A DNA stretch of 63,081 nt, filler included, from Octopus bimaculoides (taxonomy: Eukaryota), in assembly GCF_001194135.2 (NCBI RefSeq). It is 4 parts of 4 records of this genome, joined end to end, with 100 filler letters (N's around TTAATTAATTAA, not from the genome) between each part and the next. Parts side by side here need not be neighbours in the genome. Positions count along the whole stretch, not along the records: positions 23,035 to 43,427 come from NC_068992.1; positions 43,528 to 63,081 come from NC_068996.1; 2 more parts are not named here. The stretch is one strand, 5' to 3'. The translations under genes and the position numbers were made by a program. The notes beneath the pieces were generated by a model that had not been told where the DNA came from, did not search any database, and saw nothing but the letters and a program-made list of their open reading frames with translations. Shown here one piece after another: positions 41,485-53,829 of this stretch; positions within the stretch are counted from its first letter, which is position 1; each line of letters begins with the position of its first letter.

Positions 41485-42411
41485 TTGTATGTGTGTACAT
41501 GTGTATGTGCATGCATGTATAAATGCATGCACGCACGCATACACACTCACATGCACACATGCACACGCGCCCCCCCATATATATATATGTATACATATAT
41601 ACATGCATAAAACAGCTGTATGCCACCAGGATGCAATAGGTTCGCAAATACATTTGTAGATTTATAAGCAACGACATACAGAAGAAAGAGCACAGACATA
41701 ATTTACAACCACGGGTATGGGGATGCGTCAGTGAGTTCTCAAAACCTGTTAGAAATAGCACACAACCATATTTCATATCACACTGTAAGCCGTTATTACA
41801 AGGTCACATGGGACGGAATAATGCTTGATACATTATGTCCCAATTTTCTATGAGATGATCGCGGTTAGAACGTCTTAGTACAAAGCTCTGCAAGATCAAT
41901 TTTGACCCGCAGCTAATAAACAAGAACAACTTCGTCAACAACCACTAAGACGACCACAGCAACGATAAATCAAACTCTTTCTTTTTTCTTTTTTTCCTTC
42001 TTAATTCATGTACCCCAGTGTCGCCTTCCACACTGTGTTCTTCAAATTCTAGCTTGTATTTATTTGGTTGATTTATGCAGTGAGTTCAAATTTTAGTGAG
42101 GTTCACTTTGTCAGAAGTCTTACTGGTGGTTGATGAAGTAAGAACGGTTCATGTGAGCGCAGGTTTGACTCACTGCTTTACAATTTTTCATTGCAGCTAA
42201 GCAGTTCAAGATCTAGTTCCACTATGCGGCACTTGGCGAAATACTTTGGAACAAAACATCCAGATGAAATTTGGTTAATAAAAACTGTGTAGAATCCTGT
42301 TGCATACACATTCTCATAGATACACAACACATATAAACATATAAATAGGTTATCACACCGAATGATTATAAAGTCAATGTTCATTAGAATACGTTTCCTT
42401 CTCAAAGTTTA

Positions 42412-43240
42412 ATACGGATTAGGGTTAGGGTTAATGATAGCGTTTGAGGACACTTAATTATAAGTATATTACTGTCTACAAATCAAGTAAAAGTTTCTTG
42501 TTGCTTTCAGATCCCGCATAGAAGATAAAATGCTAACACAAGAAATGAAAAGACATGTAGGTATTGTTGCCATATATGCGGAGCAGCAATTTAGAATTTA
42601 CCAACTTTCTAAATCCAATAAGGTCTTCTGTATACGAAGTTCGTATGGAACTGGAAGCCTCTGGTAGGAATGTTTCAACTGCATCAAAGTGAAAAATAAA
42701 TTAAATATTCCTGCGCTATAAGGAAGCCGCAATTCATCCAATGGGTTCAAAACATTTTCAATGATGATCCCGAAAAATCAATAACGGACACCGCTGAAGA
42801 ATTTCAAGTTAGGGTTAGGGTAAGAGTTAGGGTTAAGGTTAGACTATCAGAACTGGTGCACAAGGATTTCGATACAAATATCATGTTTTGGAGAGAAGCC
42901 AATTCATTTCTACAAAGACACAGAAAAACCATTTGATCCGTGCAATGTTAAAAGACCTCTGGAAAACGGCATGCCTTGGTTCTTCTCTGATGAAAAAAAT
43001 AACTTCGACCAAAATCAAAAGTGTAACAGGAGAAATGACTGATGGTTATATGCTGATTCTTCTGATGTCCTCAGGGTGATCCCCACCAAATTACCAGCAA
43101 CGGGGATGGTTTTAGGATAGGTGAGCAACGAAGGTCGTGTCATATTACCTCGCATTTTTCTGTAGTCTGGGTCTTGGAATTGGTGGATATGGTGAGGTGA
43201 TGGAGACAGTTGTTGAGCCCTGGATAGATGAAAGCTGTGG
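42412..43240 (+). mobile_element. maT (DD37D)-type Tc1/mariner relic, 5' two-thirds
   Basis: MLTQEMKRHV, DDPEKSI, WFFSDEK, KCNRRND, PTKLPATGMVLG*VSNEG, METVVEPWID align to the copy at 56459-57701. Confidence 0.8.
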
Positions 43241-43559
43241 TAGTGGTAGCGGAGATTACAGTGGCTGTAGTAGTGGAGGTTGCAGTGCTGGCACATGTGG
43301 TATAATACTAGAATTAGTATGGCTGATATTGCTGGAGATAATGATGGTGGTGATGGCAGTAGTAGTAAAATTATGCTTCACGACTCCTGGTTTATTCGTT
43401 TAGCTTTATGTATATATATATATATATNNNNNNNNNNNNNNNNNNNNNNNNNNNNNNNNNNNNNNNNNNNNTTAATTAATTAANNNNNNNNNNNNNNNNN
43501 NNNNNNNNNNNNNNNNNNNNNNNNNNNATATTTAGCCCTGTGTGGCTATAATAAAAATA

Positions 43560-43630
<71 letters not shown>

Positions 43631-43635
43631 ATATA

Positions 43636-44225
43636 TATATATATATATATATATCCCAAAATTCATAAACACGACAAACCTGGCTGCCGCATCTTTTCTG
43701 CCTTTAACTGCCCCATAGAACAGATTTTCAATACTTTGACCCCATCCCTTACCTTTTGTCACTACCCTTTCGTTTCACATACATGACACCAATCACATTC
43801 TCCGCTTATTTAATTTTGTTTTTCTTCCCTCCTGACCCCCGTTCCCTCCTGGCTCCCCTTCACAATGGACATTAAATCGCTGTACACTGTCAATGATGGT
43901 CTCTTACCCCTCCAGTACTGCCTTAACCGTCACACCGACCTCACACCCAGCACATCTACACTTCTCCGCCTCGCGGAACTCGTTCTTACCCTTAACTGCT
44001 CCATGTTTGTGGGCGAGGTCTATCAGAATACACCTGCCAACGACATGGTAACGAGAATAGGCCCCAACTTTGCCAACTTATTTGTCGGTTATGGCTATGT
44101 CTAAACCTCAGAGTTCTCTGGACCGACCCAAAGCTATACAGTCGGTATATAGACGACTGCATTGGAACTACGTCTCTTCCGTGAGCAACTCACCAAATTT
44201 ATCTCTTTTGTTACCATCTTTCATC
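43636..44225 (+). mobile_element. Penelope-like element reverse transcriptase fragment
   Basis: PKIHK, FTMDIKSLYT, STSTLLRLAELVLTLN, GPNFANLFVGY, and a frameshifted RYIDDC. Confidence 0.88.
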
Positions 44226-44520
44226 CTTCTTTTGAAGGGATTCGATCGAAAACCCTAGTGAGTTAACTTGAGATCTCCTAACGACAATGTAAACTTCATG
44301 CAATCACGGTATTTTGCCTGAGGATAGCTTACGGTCTACCCCTTATTTGGACAGTTACTACTTCTGAGGTTTCACTAGCTATGAAACATATGTAGCCTGG
44401 ATGTTATCTACTCCATTCCCTAATCTTGAATTTATATATATACATATAAACAATATCAAACACACAGCACTTCGATTATATTCTTATTCATGCGCCTGAT
44501 ATACATACATATATATATAG

Positions 44521-44690
44521 AGGGAGAATTCACAAAAAACAAAAGGCGAAGACAGGTGGTGTAGACAACAAACAGATGTATTAGTTTAACGCTCGGAATG
44601 TGAAAAAGTCTTTAACTTTTCGAGCCTACGCTCTTCCACAGAAAGAAACAAGGAGAGAAAATAAAGAATGTGTAATGGCTAGCGATCTAT
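44521..44690 (-). mobile_element. Penelope-type terminal repeat fragment with degenerate hammerhead motif
   Basis: Minus strand tcttt-CTGTGGA-a-GAGC-gtag-GCTC-GAAA-a-gtt-aaaga. Confidence 0.6.
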
Positions 44691-44701
44691 CATGGTGAAT
44701 G

Positions 44702-44745
<44 letters not shown>

Positions 44746-44943
44746 ATACACGCATACACATACACACACACGCACACGCACACACGCACACACGCACTCA
44801 CACACACACACAGACGCACGCACACACACATATATATATTAATTATATGTATATGTATGTATGACTCATTGGACGTATATGTGTCTTTACACAAATATAC
44901 ACACATTTAGCGTGATAGATGAGGAGAGAAAGAGAGAGATAGA

Positions 44944-44992
<49 letters not shown>

Positions 44993-45749
44993 GTAGAGAG
45001 AGAGACATTGAATGAACTTATAAATTTGTACACCGACCGGTTAAACTGAAGTGAGGCGTAATCCTTGAAAATGGTCAATAACTAATTGACTATGCTTATA
45101 GTATTAATATTTAGCGATGCAAACTGATTAATATGAATCAGTTAAACAGCTGAAAAATAATTAGAAATAACAAAGAACAGAAAGGAAAAGAAAATGATAG
45201 GAATCACATGAAACACATACACGTAACAAATATGCATCCTTGAGACATGTCACAATTTTGCAAACGAATTTTACAACTTGTTTTATAATCTACTTTCAGC
45301 CATTGTAATGAGGTCTATGCTGGAGAGATGAAGCAGACTTATAAAAAGGACTTTGGAGTCTGCACAATCAAACTTGTATTTTTCAGAAAAAAAAACTATA
45401 TAGACGAGGACTACATTATCAAATGTGACCATTAGAAGGAGAAAGATCATTGTATGGTTTGATTTTAGTGAGACTTTACCACATTTGCCTAGAACGTCAA
45501 GAGATTACATAGAGGCTCCTTCTTCGGCTTAGCAATTTATTAACACACAATTAGACCCAGTAGTGCACACGAACATACATTTCCCTACCCCATATAACGT
45601 GTGTGTGTGTGTGTGTGTGCGTGTGTGTATAAATATGTGTGTATGTGTGTGTGTGTGTGTGTGTGTGCATTTGTGTGTATAAAAGGTAAGTAGCAACGTA
45701 CATAGGTAGTGAAAAAGAGAAAGAGAGAGAAATAGAAAGAGAGAGAAAT

Positions 45750-45787
<38 letters not shown>

Positions 45788-46100
45788 GCAAGCTGGTGTA
45801 TACACACACTCACTCGTACACACACACTCATTCACACACATACATACACATACACACGCAGAGTCCAAAATAGAAAATCATAGAGACCTCAAGTTATGTA
45901 GAAAGACCAGTTGGACTGCAAATACGACACTAGCATAGAGAAGATAGACTGACAGGTAGCATGGTAAACAAAACAACCATAGTATATACATACAAACAGA
46001 CATGTTGTTTCCGTAGTAGAAGCAGTATCAGAAGTACTAGTAATAGCCGTCAGCGTAGCAGTAGTGGTGGTGGTGGTGGTATTGTTGTTGGTGGTTGTGA

Positions 46101-46146
<46 letters not shown>

Positions 46147-46784
46147 TATTTTCGTCGTTGTTTAAGCCCCAATCTGGCCCTGATTGACACTACAGCCATG
46201 ACCAGTGTGTTCTTTCTTCCTTATTTTTACTTTTACGGTGTTTGTCTACCTTGGTCTACTTTATAAAAAAATGTAACTTGTTTATAATACGGTATAGTTT
46301 GGTCTAAGGAAGACGTAACTGCTATTTCTATTACGCCAAGCGATTACATTGTCGATGTCTCGTTGGCTTAAAACAGACATACGGAGATACAGTCAGACAG
46401 GTAGACAAATCTTGTTACAAAACAAATACCGAAACATTTTGCATTGCAGACTGGGGAACAAAAAGATGAAAAAGAATTTTAAAAAAAAAAGAAGAAAAAA
46501 AAAAGATTGCTGTTCCAGCAATCTGAAGCCAGAACTATTTCACTTCATAACAGAAAAACATGCCTCGGAAATATTTTACTGATTTGCCCCTGTGTCAATC
46601 TGTCTATCAGCCTTACTCTTTATCTCTGTCTATTTTGCTTATTTATGGACAGCCATTATCTTACTACGTCATAAACCTTCTGCCAGCCGACAATTGTCCA
46701 GACCTACTCTGCCTTTGCTCAGCCAGAGAGATTGCCAAAGAGATATAGCGCTGTGTGTACGGTAAGTATGACAGAATTGAATAA

Positions 46785-48894
46785 CACAAGGCAACAAATT
46801 TCAACTTTTATTTATTTATTTATTTATATTTGTTACAGACACGTAAACTACAGATTCTTAATAAATTTCCGATCCTAATTTCATATATGATATCTCAATT
46901 TCTCTATCACGTACAGATTTTGTGTAACCGAAAATCCCTGTTTTTCATTTTTTTTTTTTTCTCACCCGCTTCTATTACGAAAGCCGACTAAGCTACTTTT
47001 CCCTGCCAAATTTTATGTTAAGCATACTTAAATTAATCAGCGAACAGAGGAATTCCGCTGGCGGAGTTACCACCCCTGCGTCCACCCATTCACTCAAAAC
47101 GTGTTAGCATTTTGTTGTTACTGTCGAAAGACAACTGCCTTTTCTTAAGTGAGACTTTGGTGTTTCCTTTTCCTATGTCGCTTGTAGGATGACATGCTCT
47201 CCTTCTGCAGGAACCGACAATACAACAATAACTTCTCATCATATTTGGCTTGGAATTACCTTGGTATCTATTTTCCATAACTAAGATCTGTTGGTGGAAG
47301 CACTCACCATGCTCGTCGCTCACAGTCCCAAGGTTGTTGAGAAGAAGTCAAGATGAGATTTAAAATATGTATTTTCAAAGACATTCTGCATTCCGTTTTT
47401 TAATAAGATTTAAGCATGTTTTCTATGAGTTCACACTGGTTTTCAGCTTTGTGGTTTCCAAGAAAATTTCTGATAGCTTCAACAAAAGAAGTTATCGATC
47501 TTTCTCATTTAAATTAGAGGGAAACGATGGGTCGTGGTTGACACTGCAGATCTGTGGTCCAGTTAAAACTACAACTTCTAGCTTAGCATCAGTCAATATC
47601 CCTTTGAATTTATCCTTTAAATATTGGAAACCACTACTTTGATGACCCATACCTTCAGGAAATTTTTCACAGGGCCAAGTTTAATGTGAAGTGGTGGAAG
47701 ATGTACTTTCCGAGGGTCAATAAATGCAGGGTGTTTCCCATTGTGTTTACCGGCAGCATGTTCAGTTCTAGATGTCCAATCATGTTTTTTTGTAGTGGTT
47801 CTTGTCACCTCTGCTGTTCCATAGATGCAAAAAGCACATATACTTTGTGTAGCCTAACTGTAACCCCAACAAATAATGATACAACTTGCAGGTCTCCACA
47901 ATATTACATATGTGGTCCTTAATTTTGATGAATCTTAACAGCAGTTCTGTTGATTCTTAAGTCTCATTAAGGCAATTGACATGTGTTACAGGTATTGAAG
48001 GTTTTTCATTGCCGTTGTGCAACTTTAAGGTAGCTTTACTAGAGTAAATGAACAGTCTCCTTTCTTTTCGATCATATCAAAAGCCAATCCTTTCCACTGA
48101 TATCGTGGCAGGAACAAACGTTTTCCTCCTCTAAGTAAAATGATAAAAAACTGCAGATCACGACAGCTAGAATGGAAAACTTTGCTGTTTAGCTGGAGAA
48201 AATTCCATTCTTGAAGTCTGGAACCAAGCAACTCTGTTTTTTTCTTTCGGTAATTTCAAATCGTGCACTATGTCATATAACATTTGCTTGACTTAACAAA
48301 TGTGGAGAACTAATTGCATCTGGAAGATATACGCCATCTTTCCCTATTTCTATATCACTAGCAGAATCTTCAGATGAACTGCTGTCTTTTCTACTTGACT
48401 GTCACGTAGCGACTGGCCGTTGCGCCGTTACTACGCTCTTGACGCAGTGTTGCCAACTCAGAAGAAATAGTATTGATCAAAATCGTTAGAATTTGAATAC
48501 GGTTGGCAAAGAAAAATTGTCTTATCCTTGAAAAGCAAGTTTCATATTCTTTTCTACTCTAGGCACAAGGCCCGAAATTTTGGAGGAGAGTGTCCAGTCG
48601 ATTAGATTGACCCCAGTATGCAACTGGTACTTAATTTATCGACCCTGAAAGGATGAAAGGCAAAGTTGACCTCGGCCTTTACTCAGAACGTAAAGCAAGT
48701 TTTATATTACTGGCATTAAGACAATTAAAACCAAAATCTGAATGTGGTAGAAAATTTTTCTGAGTAATTTGCATTTTACACAAAATCTAGACGCGATAGA
48801 AAATAAAATATAATTATAGATTTGAAATCAGCAAACCTAAATTATCTAAGAACATTTATTTGGTCTTCTGAAACAAAATCTTAGTTTCCTAGTA
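46785..48894 (-). mobile_element. Chapaev3 (CMC) DNA transposon, both termini present, degraded transposase
   Basis: ELLGSRLQEWN, DPRKVHLPPLHIKLG, SDEHGECFHQ...MENRYQG are Chapaev3 motifs. Left end starts CAC after TAA. Sub-terminal blocks are inverted copies (tctatcacgtacagattttgtgtaa vs rc tctatcgcgtctagattttgtgtaa). Confidence 0.85.
48545..48690 (-). mobile_element. SINE family A fragment nested in the Chapaev element
   Basis: ctggtacttaatttatcgaccctgaaaggatgaaaggcaaagttgacctcggc. Confidence 0.8.
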
Positions 48895-49179
48895 TGATAG
48901 ATGGCGTCACCAGATAAATATCATTCATAAATAGAATGCACTAAGAAAGTAAACAAAAAGGATTGCTAGGTCAGTCCCCAATTATTGTCATACATTACAC
49001 TTCACGACTGCATACTACAAATTATTTTCTGTATGTGTATTACTTTACAACCACATTTTGATTTTTTTAAAAGTATGAACGCTGTACAATATTAAACTCA
49101 TATTAAATTATCTACTCAGTAAATTAGAACTCAGCTACAGGAAATTTTATATAAACATATATATTCACTTACATATACA

Positions 49180-49843
49180 CAGGGTGGCCCCAAAATCAAT
49201 AGATCATTTCAAAATACAGTAAACTTTTTGTTTATTAAATATTCACAGTTATTCTTTAATAAAGAATACACTTTTGTAAAACATTTCTGATGAGTTTTGA
49301 AAATTACGTTCCTTCAAATGGTTACCATTTTATTCTTGACAATGGCGAACCCTTTCTGAAGAGTGTCCATCATCATTTGTAATATTTCTTGGCTTATTCC
49401 TTCAATTTCTTTGTCTGAAATTGTTGGGTATTCCGAGGTTTGCTATGGTATATTCTGTCTTTGATATTCTCCCAAGGAAAAGTTTGGAGATATCAAATCA
49501 GGTGGGTGTGAGGATCAATTGGACTTTGTGTTTCTTGATCTGGGTAGCATACACTAATCATACCCGATAATCTACTGGCTTCAGTTCCTGCACTAGCTGC
49601 ACCAGCTGCACTTTACACGGGAATTAATTCAGGATACTTAAAATAATCTGTAGTCAGTTTCCTGATATACCCAGCTGGGTTGGCACAATTTATCGTTGAT
49701 TTCTGTAGATAAAACTTGATTACTTTTACTAGTTGCTCTGTCGTGAATTTCTCAAATCTGAACCCAAAAATATTGCAAAAAAAAAATAATAATTGTAAAC
49801 AAGTTATAGTTTAATATGGTCTAGTGACCTTAGGGCCACCCTG
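49180..49843 (-). mobile_element. Internally deleted Tc1/mariner derivative
   Basis: TIRs cagggtggcccc / rc cagggtggccct, right TA flank; degraded transposase C-terminus (PDL...) on the minus strand. Confidence 0.75.
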
Positions 49844-49888
49844 TACGTACATACGTATCTACCTGCCAACACACACGCATGCGCGCGC

Positions 49889-49945
<57 letters not shown>

Positions 49946-49967
49946 CCTACCTACCTACCTACCTAAC

Positions 49968-50049
<82 letters not shown>

Positions 50050-50548
50050 TCGATCTATCTATCTATCTACCTGTCTGTCTATCTGTCTGTCTGTTTATGT
50101 ATGTATATATACATATAGGCAAACATATATATATACGACGGGCGTCCAGTCAGTTTCCATTGATCAAATTCACTTTCGTGGCTGGAAAGCGAGCTTCTTG
50201 ACCACACAACACTGCCTATAGTTTATACTTTAGGCTACTTTCTAACATGATCCATTACATTTTTTGAAAATGTTCGTGCTCCTTTGTATGCAAACGATCT
50301 GGCAGCCCTGTAAACAACTGAAATATAAAACATGTTTTCTCTCTCACAGGGATATGAGCTTGAACCTTTAGCATCCAGATTATTCTGTCAAATGTAATGT
50401 TTATCTATTCACATTGCTTTGAATTAGTTGCGAATTAACTCATAGTTTTGAGATTTCAATGAGGTAATTGTTTACTTTTAGAATGACAGTGTATACTCAG
50501 GCTGCAACGTGGCTGGATTGAAACAAAAAAAGCCAAACATAAAGTATG

Positions 50549-51278
50549 TGGTCGGTTCGAATAAGGTCGGTTCGGATAAGGTCGGTTCGAATAAGGTCGG
50601 TTCGGATAAGGTCGGTTCGGATAAGGTCGGTTCGGATAAGGTCGGTTCGAATGNNNNNNNNNNNNNNNNNNNNNNNNNNNNNNNNNNNNNNNNNNNNNNN
50701 NNNNNNNNNNNNNNNNNNNNNNNNNNNNNNNNNNNNNNNNNNNNNNNNNNNNNNNNNNNNNNNNNNNNNNNNNNNNNNNNNNNNNNNNNNNNNNNNNNNN
50801 NNNNNNNNNNNNNNNNNNNNNNNNNNNNNNNNNNNNNNNNNNNNNNNNNNNNNNNNNNNNNNNNNNNNNNNNNNNNNNNNNNNNNNNNNNNNNNNNNNNN
50901 NNNNNNNNNNNNNNNNNNNNNNNNNNNNNNNNNNNNNNNNNNNNNNNNNNNNNNNNNNNNNNNNNNNNNNNNNNNNNNNNNNNNNNNNNNNNNNNNNNNN
51001 NNNNNNNNNNNNNNNNNNNNNNNNNNNNNNNNNNNNNNNNNNNNNNNNNNNNNNNNNNNNNNNNNNNNNNNNNNNNNNNNNNNNNNNNNNNNNNNNNNNN
51101 NNNNNNNNNNNNNNNNNNNNNNNNNAATAAGGTCGGTTCGGATAAGGTCGGTTCGAATAAGGTCGGTTCGGATAAGGTCGGTTCGGATAAGGTCGGTTCG
51201 GATAAGGTCGGTTCGAATATGGTCGGTTCGGATAAGGTCGGTTCGGATAAGGTCGGTTCGGATAAGGTCGGTTCGAAT
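50549..51278. repeat. 15-bp CpG-rich minisatellite (ggtcggttcg[g/a]ataa)n spanning a gap
   Basis: 7 units left and about 10 units right of the gap, nearly identical. Confidence 0.97.
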
Positions 51279-51759
51279 GCTAATGGGTTAGGTTTCTTGG
51301 GAATAATGAGATAAGATTATATGCCTTCAATATCAACATTAATGACTTCCTTGACCTTCATGCTGCATATTCGCAAATACGTAACAAAGCAAGTGTCGGT
51401 TACTCGATGTGTTAGAAACAAGTGCCAAACCTCCTTCAAATCTTCACTAAAGTCTTCAAAAAATTCTCAAGATGATGTAGCTCTAGTACGCTATTTCTGA
51501 AGAAAAAGAAGAGAAAAAATAAAAGATGGTGATGGCTATGCATACAGTTGTGTGCGATTAGTGTCGACATGAGATTAAAATTAAAAAAGAAAGGTATTCA
51601 AATTATAAATCACCTAACATTCTTCGAAGTTAGCATTTAATAATACTCCTCCGATTATTTCCGTAACTGCAGTTCGAACTTACAAGATAAATATCAAGGG
51701 ATTTCTAAAATATCAAAATATTTCTAATTTAGACACAAGGTCAGCAATTCAAGAAAAGG

Positions 51760-51925
51760 AATTAACCCTTTAAATTGACACCTCAGGATTTGAATGGAAT
51801 TTTATCAACTCCAAAATGACGAAAGGTAAATTTGATCCCAGTGGGAATTGAGCTCAGAGAGTAATGAACCAGAAGAAATATTGCATAGCATTTTCCCCGC
51901 CTCTCTAACGAATCTGCAAGCTCAA
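51760..51925 (-). mobile_element. Old SINE family A copy
   Basis: Diverged match to 3690-3836. Confidence 0.5.
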
Positions 51926-52393
51926 CCCATCGATCTTTTCGGTGATATCCATTAATAATATGAATTGATTGAAAATAAGTTAGAAAGTAGGGGAAAATTC
52001 GACAAACTTAAAGCGGCGTTATTGTTTATCTCCAGTTTAAGTCTAATCAAGTAGCCCTATGATAAAAGACATTCCAGCCGTGNNNNNNNNNNNNNNNNNN
52101 NNNNNNNNNNNNNNNNNNNNNNNNNNNNNNNNNNNNNNNNNNNNNNNNNNNNNNNNNNNNNNNNNNNNNNNNNNNNNNNNNNNNNNNNNNNNNNNNNNNN
52201 NNNNNNNNNNNNNNNNNNNNNNNNNNNNNNNNNNNNNNNNNNNNNNNNNNNNNNNNNNNNNNNNNNNNNNNNNNNNNNNNNNNNNNNNNNNNNNNNNNNN
52301 NNNNNNNNNNNNNNNNNNNNNNNNNNNNNNNNNNNNNNNNNNNNNNNNNNNNNNNNNNNNNNNNNNNNNNNNNNNNNNNNNNNNNNNNNNNNN

Positions 52394-52880
52394 TCCTGCT
52401 GTACTCTTTCACCACAACTTTCTCTCACTCTTTCTTCCTGTTTCTGTTGTACCTGTATTTCAAAGGGGCCAGCATTGTCACACTCTGTGTCACACAGAAT
52501 CTCCCCGAGAACTACGTTAAGGATACACATGTATCTGAAGGCGGCGAGCTGGCAGAAACGTTAGCACACCGGGCGAAATGCTTAGCCGTATTTCGTCTGC
52601 CGCTACGTTCTGAGCTCAAATTCCGCCGAGGTCGACTTTGCCTTTCATCCTTTCGGGGTCGATTAAATAAGTACCAGTTACGCACTGAGTCGATATAATC
52701 GACTTAATCCGTGTTTGTCTGTCCTTGTTTGTCCCCTCTGTGTAGCCCCTTGTGTGTAGTAAAGAAATAACACATGTCTGTGGAGTGCTCAGCCACTTGC
52801 CCGTTAACTTCACGAGCAGGCTGTTCCGTTCATCGGATCAACTGGAACCCTCGACGTCGTAAGCGACGGAGTGCCAACAG
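52394..52880 (+). mobile_element. SINE family C interrupted by a family A insertion
   Basis: 52394-52532 and 52770-52880 together align to 55280-55512. Confidence 0.88.
52533..52769 (+). mobile_element. Full-length SINE family A with 8-bp target-site duplication
   Basis: acacatgt at 52525-52532 and 52770-52777; core cctttcatcctttcggggtcgat..ataagtaccag; A-rich end. Confidence 0.92.
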
Positions 52881-53270
52881 TATCTAAGGCGGCGAGCTAG
52901 CAGACACAGCGGTATTTCCTCTGCCGTTACGTTCTGAGTTCAAATTCCTCCGAGGTCGACTTTGCCTTTCATCCTTTCGGGGTCGATAAATTAAGTACCA
53001 GTTACGCACTGGGGTCGATATAATCGACTTAATCCGTTTGTCTGTCCTTGTTTGTCCCCTCTGTGTGTAGCCCCTTGTGGGCAGTAAAGAAATAGGTATT
53101 TTGTCTGACGTTACGTTCTGAGTTCATATTTCATCGTGGTCGACTTTGCCTTTCACCCTTTTGTGGTCGATAAATTAAGTACAAGTTGCATACTGAGGTC
53201 GATCTAATCAACTGCCCCCCCTCCCCAAAATTTCAGGCCTTGTGCTTAGAGTGGAAAAGATTATTATATA
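52881..53270 (+). mobile_element. Two further tandem SINE family A copies (52881-53095, 53096-53270)
   Basis: Both repeat the gttacgttctgagttca...gtcgactttgcctttca core. Confidence 0.85.
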
Positions 53271-53829
53271 TATTCTTTCGTAAAACGGTATGTTTGTATG
53301 TATTCTGCATATTTATGTGCTTGTGTGTTCGTATTTGTATTTTTGTATGTGTATCTGTATGTGTGTGTGTGTATGTGTGTTTGCATGTGTGTGTGTGTGT
53401 GTCTGTATTTCTGTCTCCCTGTGTGTGTATGTCTGAGTGTATCTGTGTATGGGTTTTTGTGACTATGTACTAAGTCTGTTATGTATAGATGTCTCCATAT
53501 GTGTACTTATGTGAAGTGAAGTGTGTGTATATGGTCAAGTGCTTCAGTCTTCATTCGCGTATGCGCGTATGTATGCTTGTCTATTCATATTATATATGTA
53601 TCTATCTATCTGTATGTCTATCTGTTTTCATTCATATCCATTTACCTACGTACATGTGTATTTACATAATACATATATGTATAAATATACATATATGTAT
53701 AAATATACATACACACATACACACGCACACACATACACATATACATCTACATAACAACCCACTAACTATTCTACCTGTATATATATATATAAACCGTGGG
53801 TATTGGGGTACGACTGCCTATTACGTATA

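Noticed and set aside
42510-42560. Apparent host exon tttcag|...MLTQEMKRHV
   Set aside because: It is the N-terminus of the maT transposase and aligns with the 56459-57701 copy.
48720-48894. A second independent Chapaev end
   Set aside because: It is the inverted counterpart of 46785-46925 and is better read as the other terminus of the same element.
50549-51278. Possible CRISPR-like array (also the 22-bp array at 21345)
   Set aside because: Units are contiguous with no unique spacers, there are no cas genes, and the context is eukaryotic.
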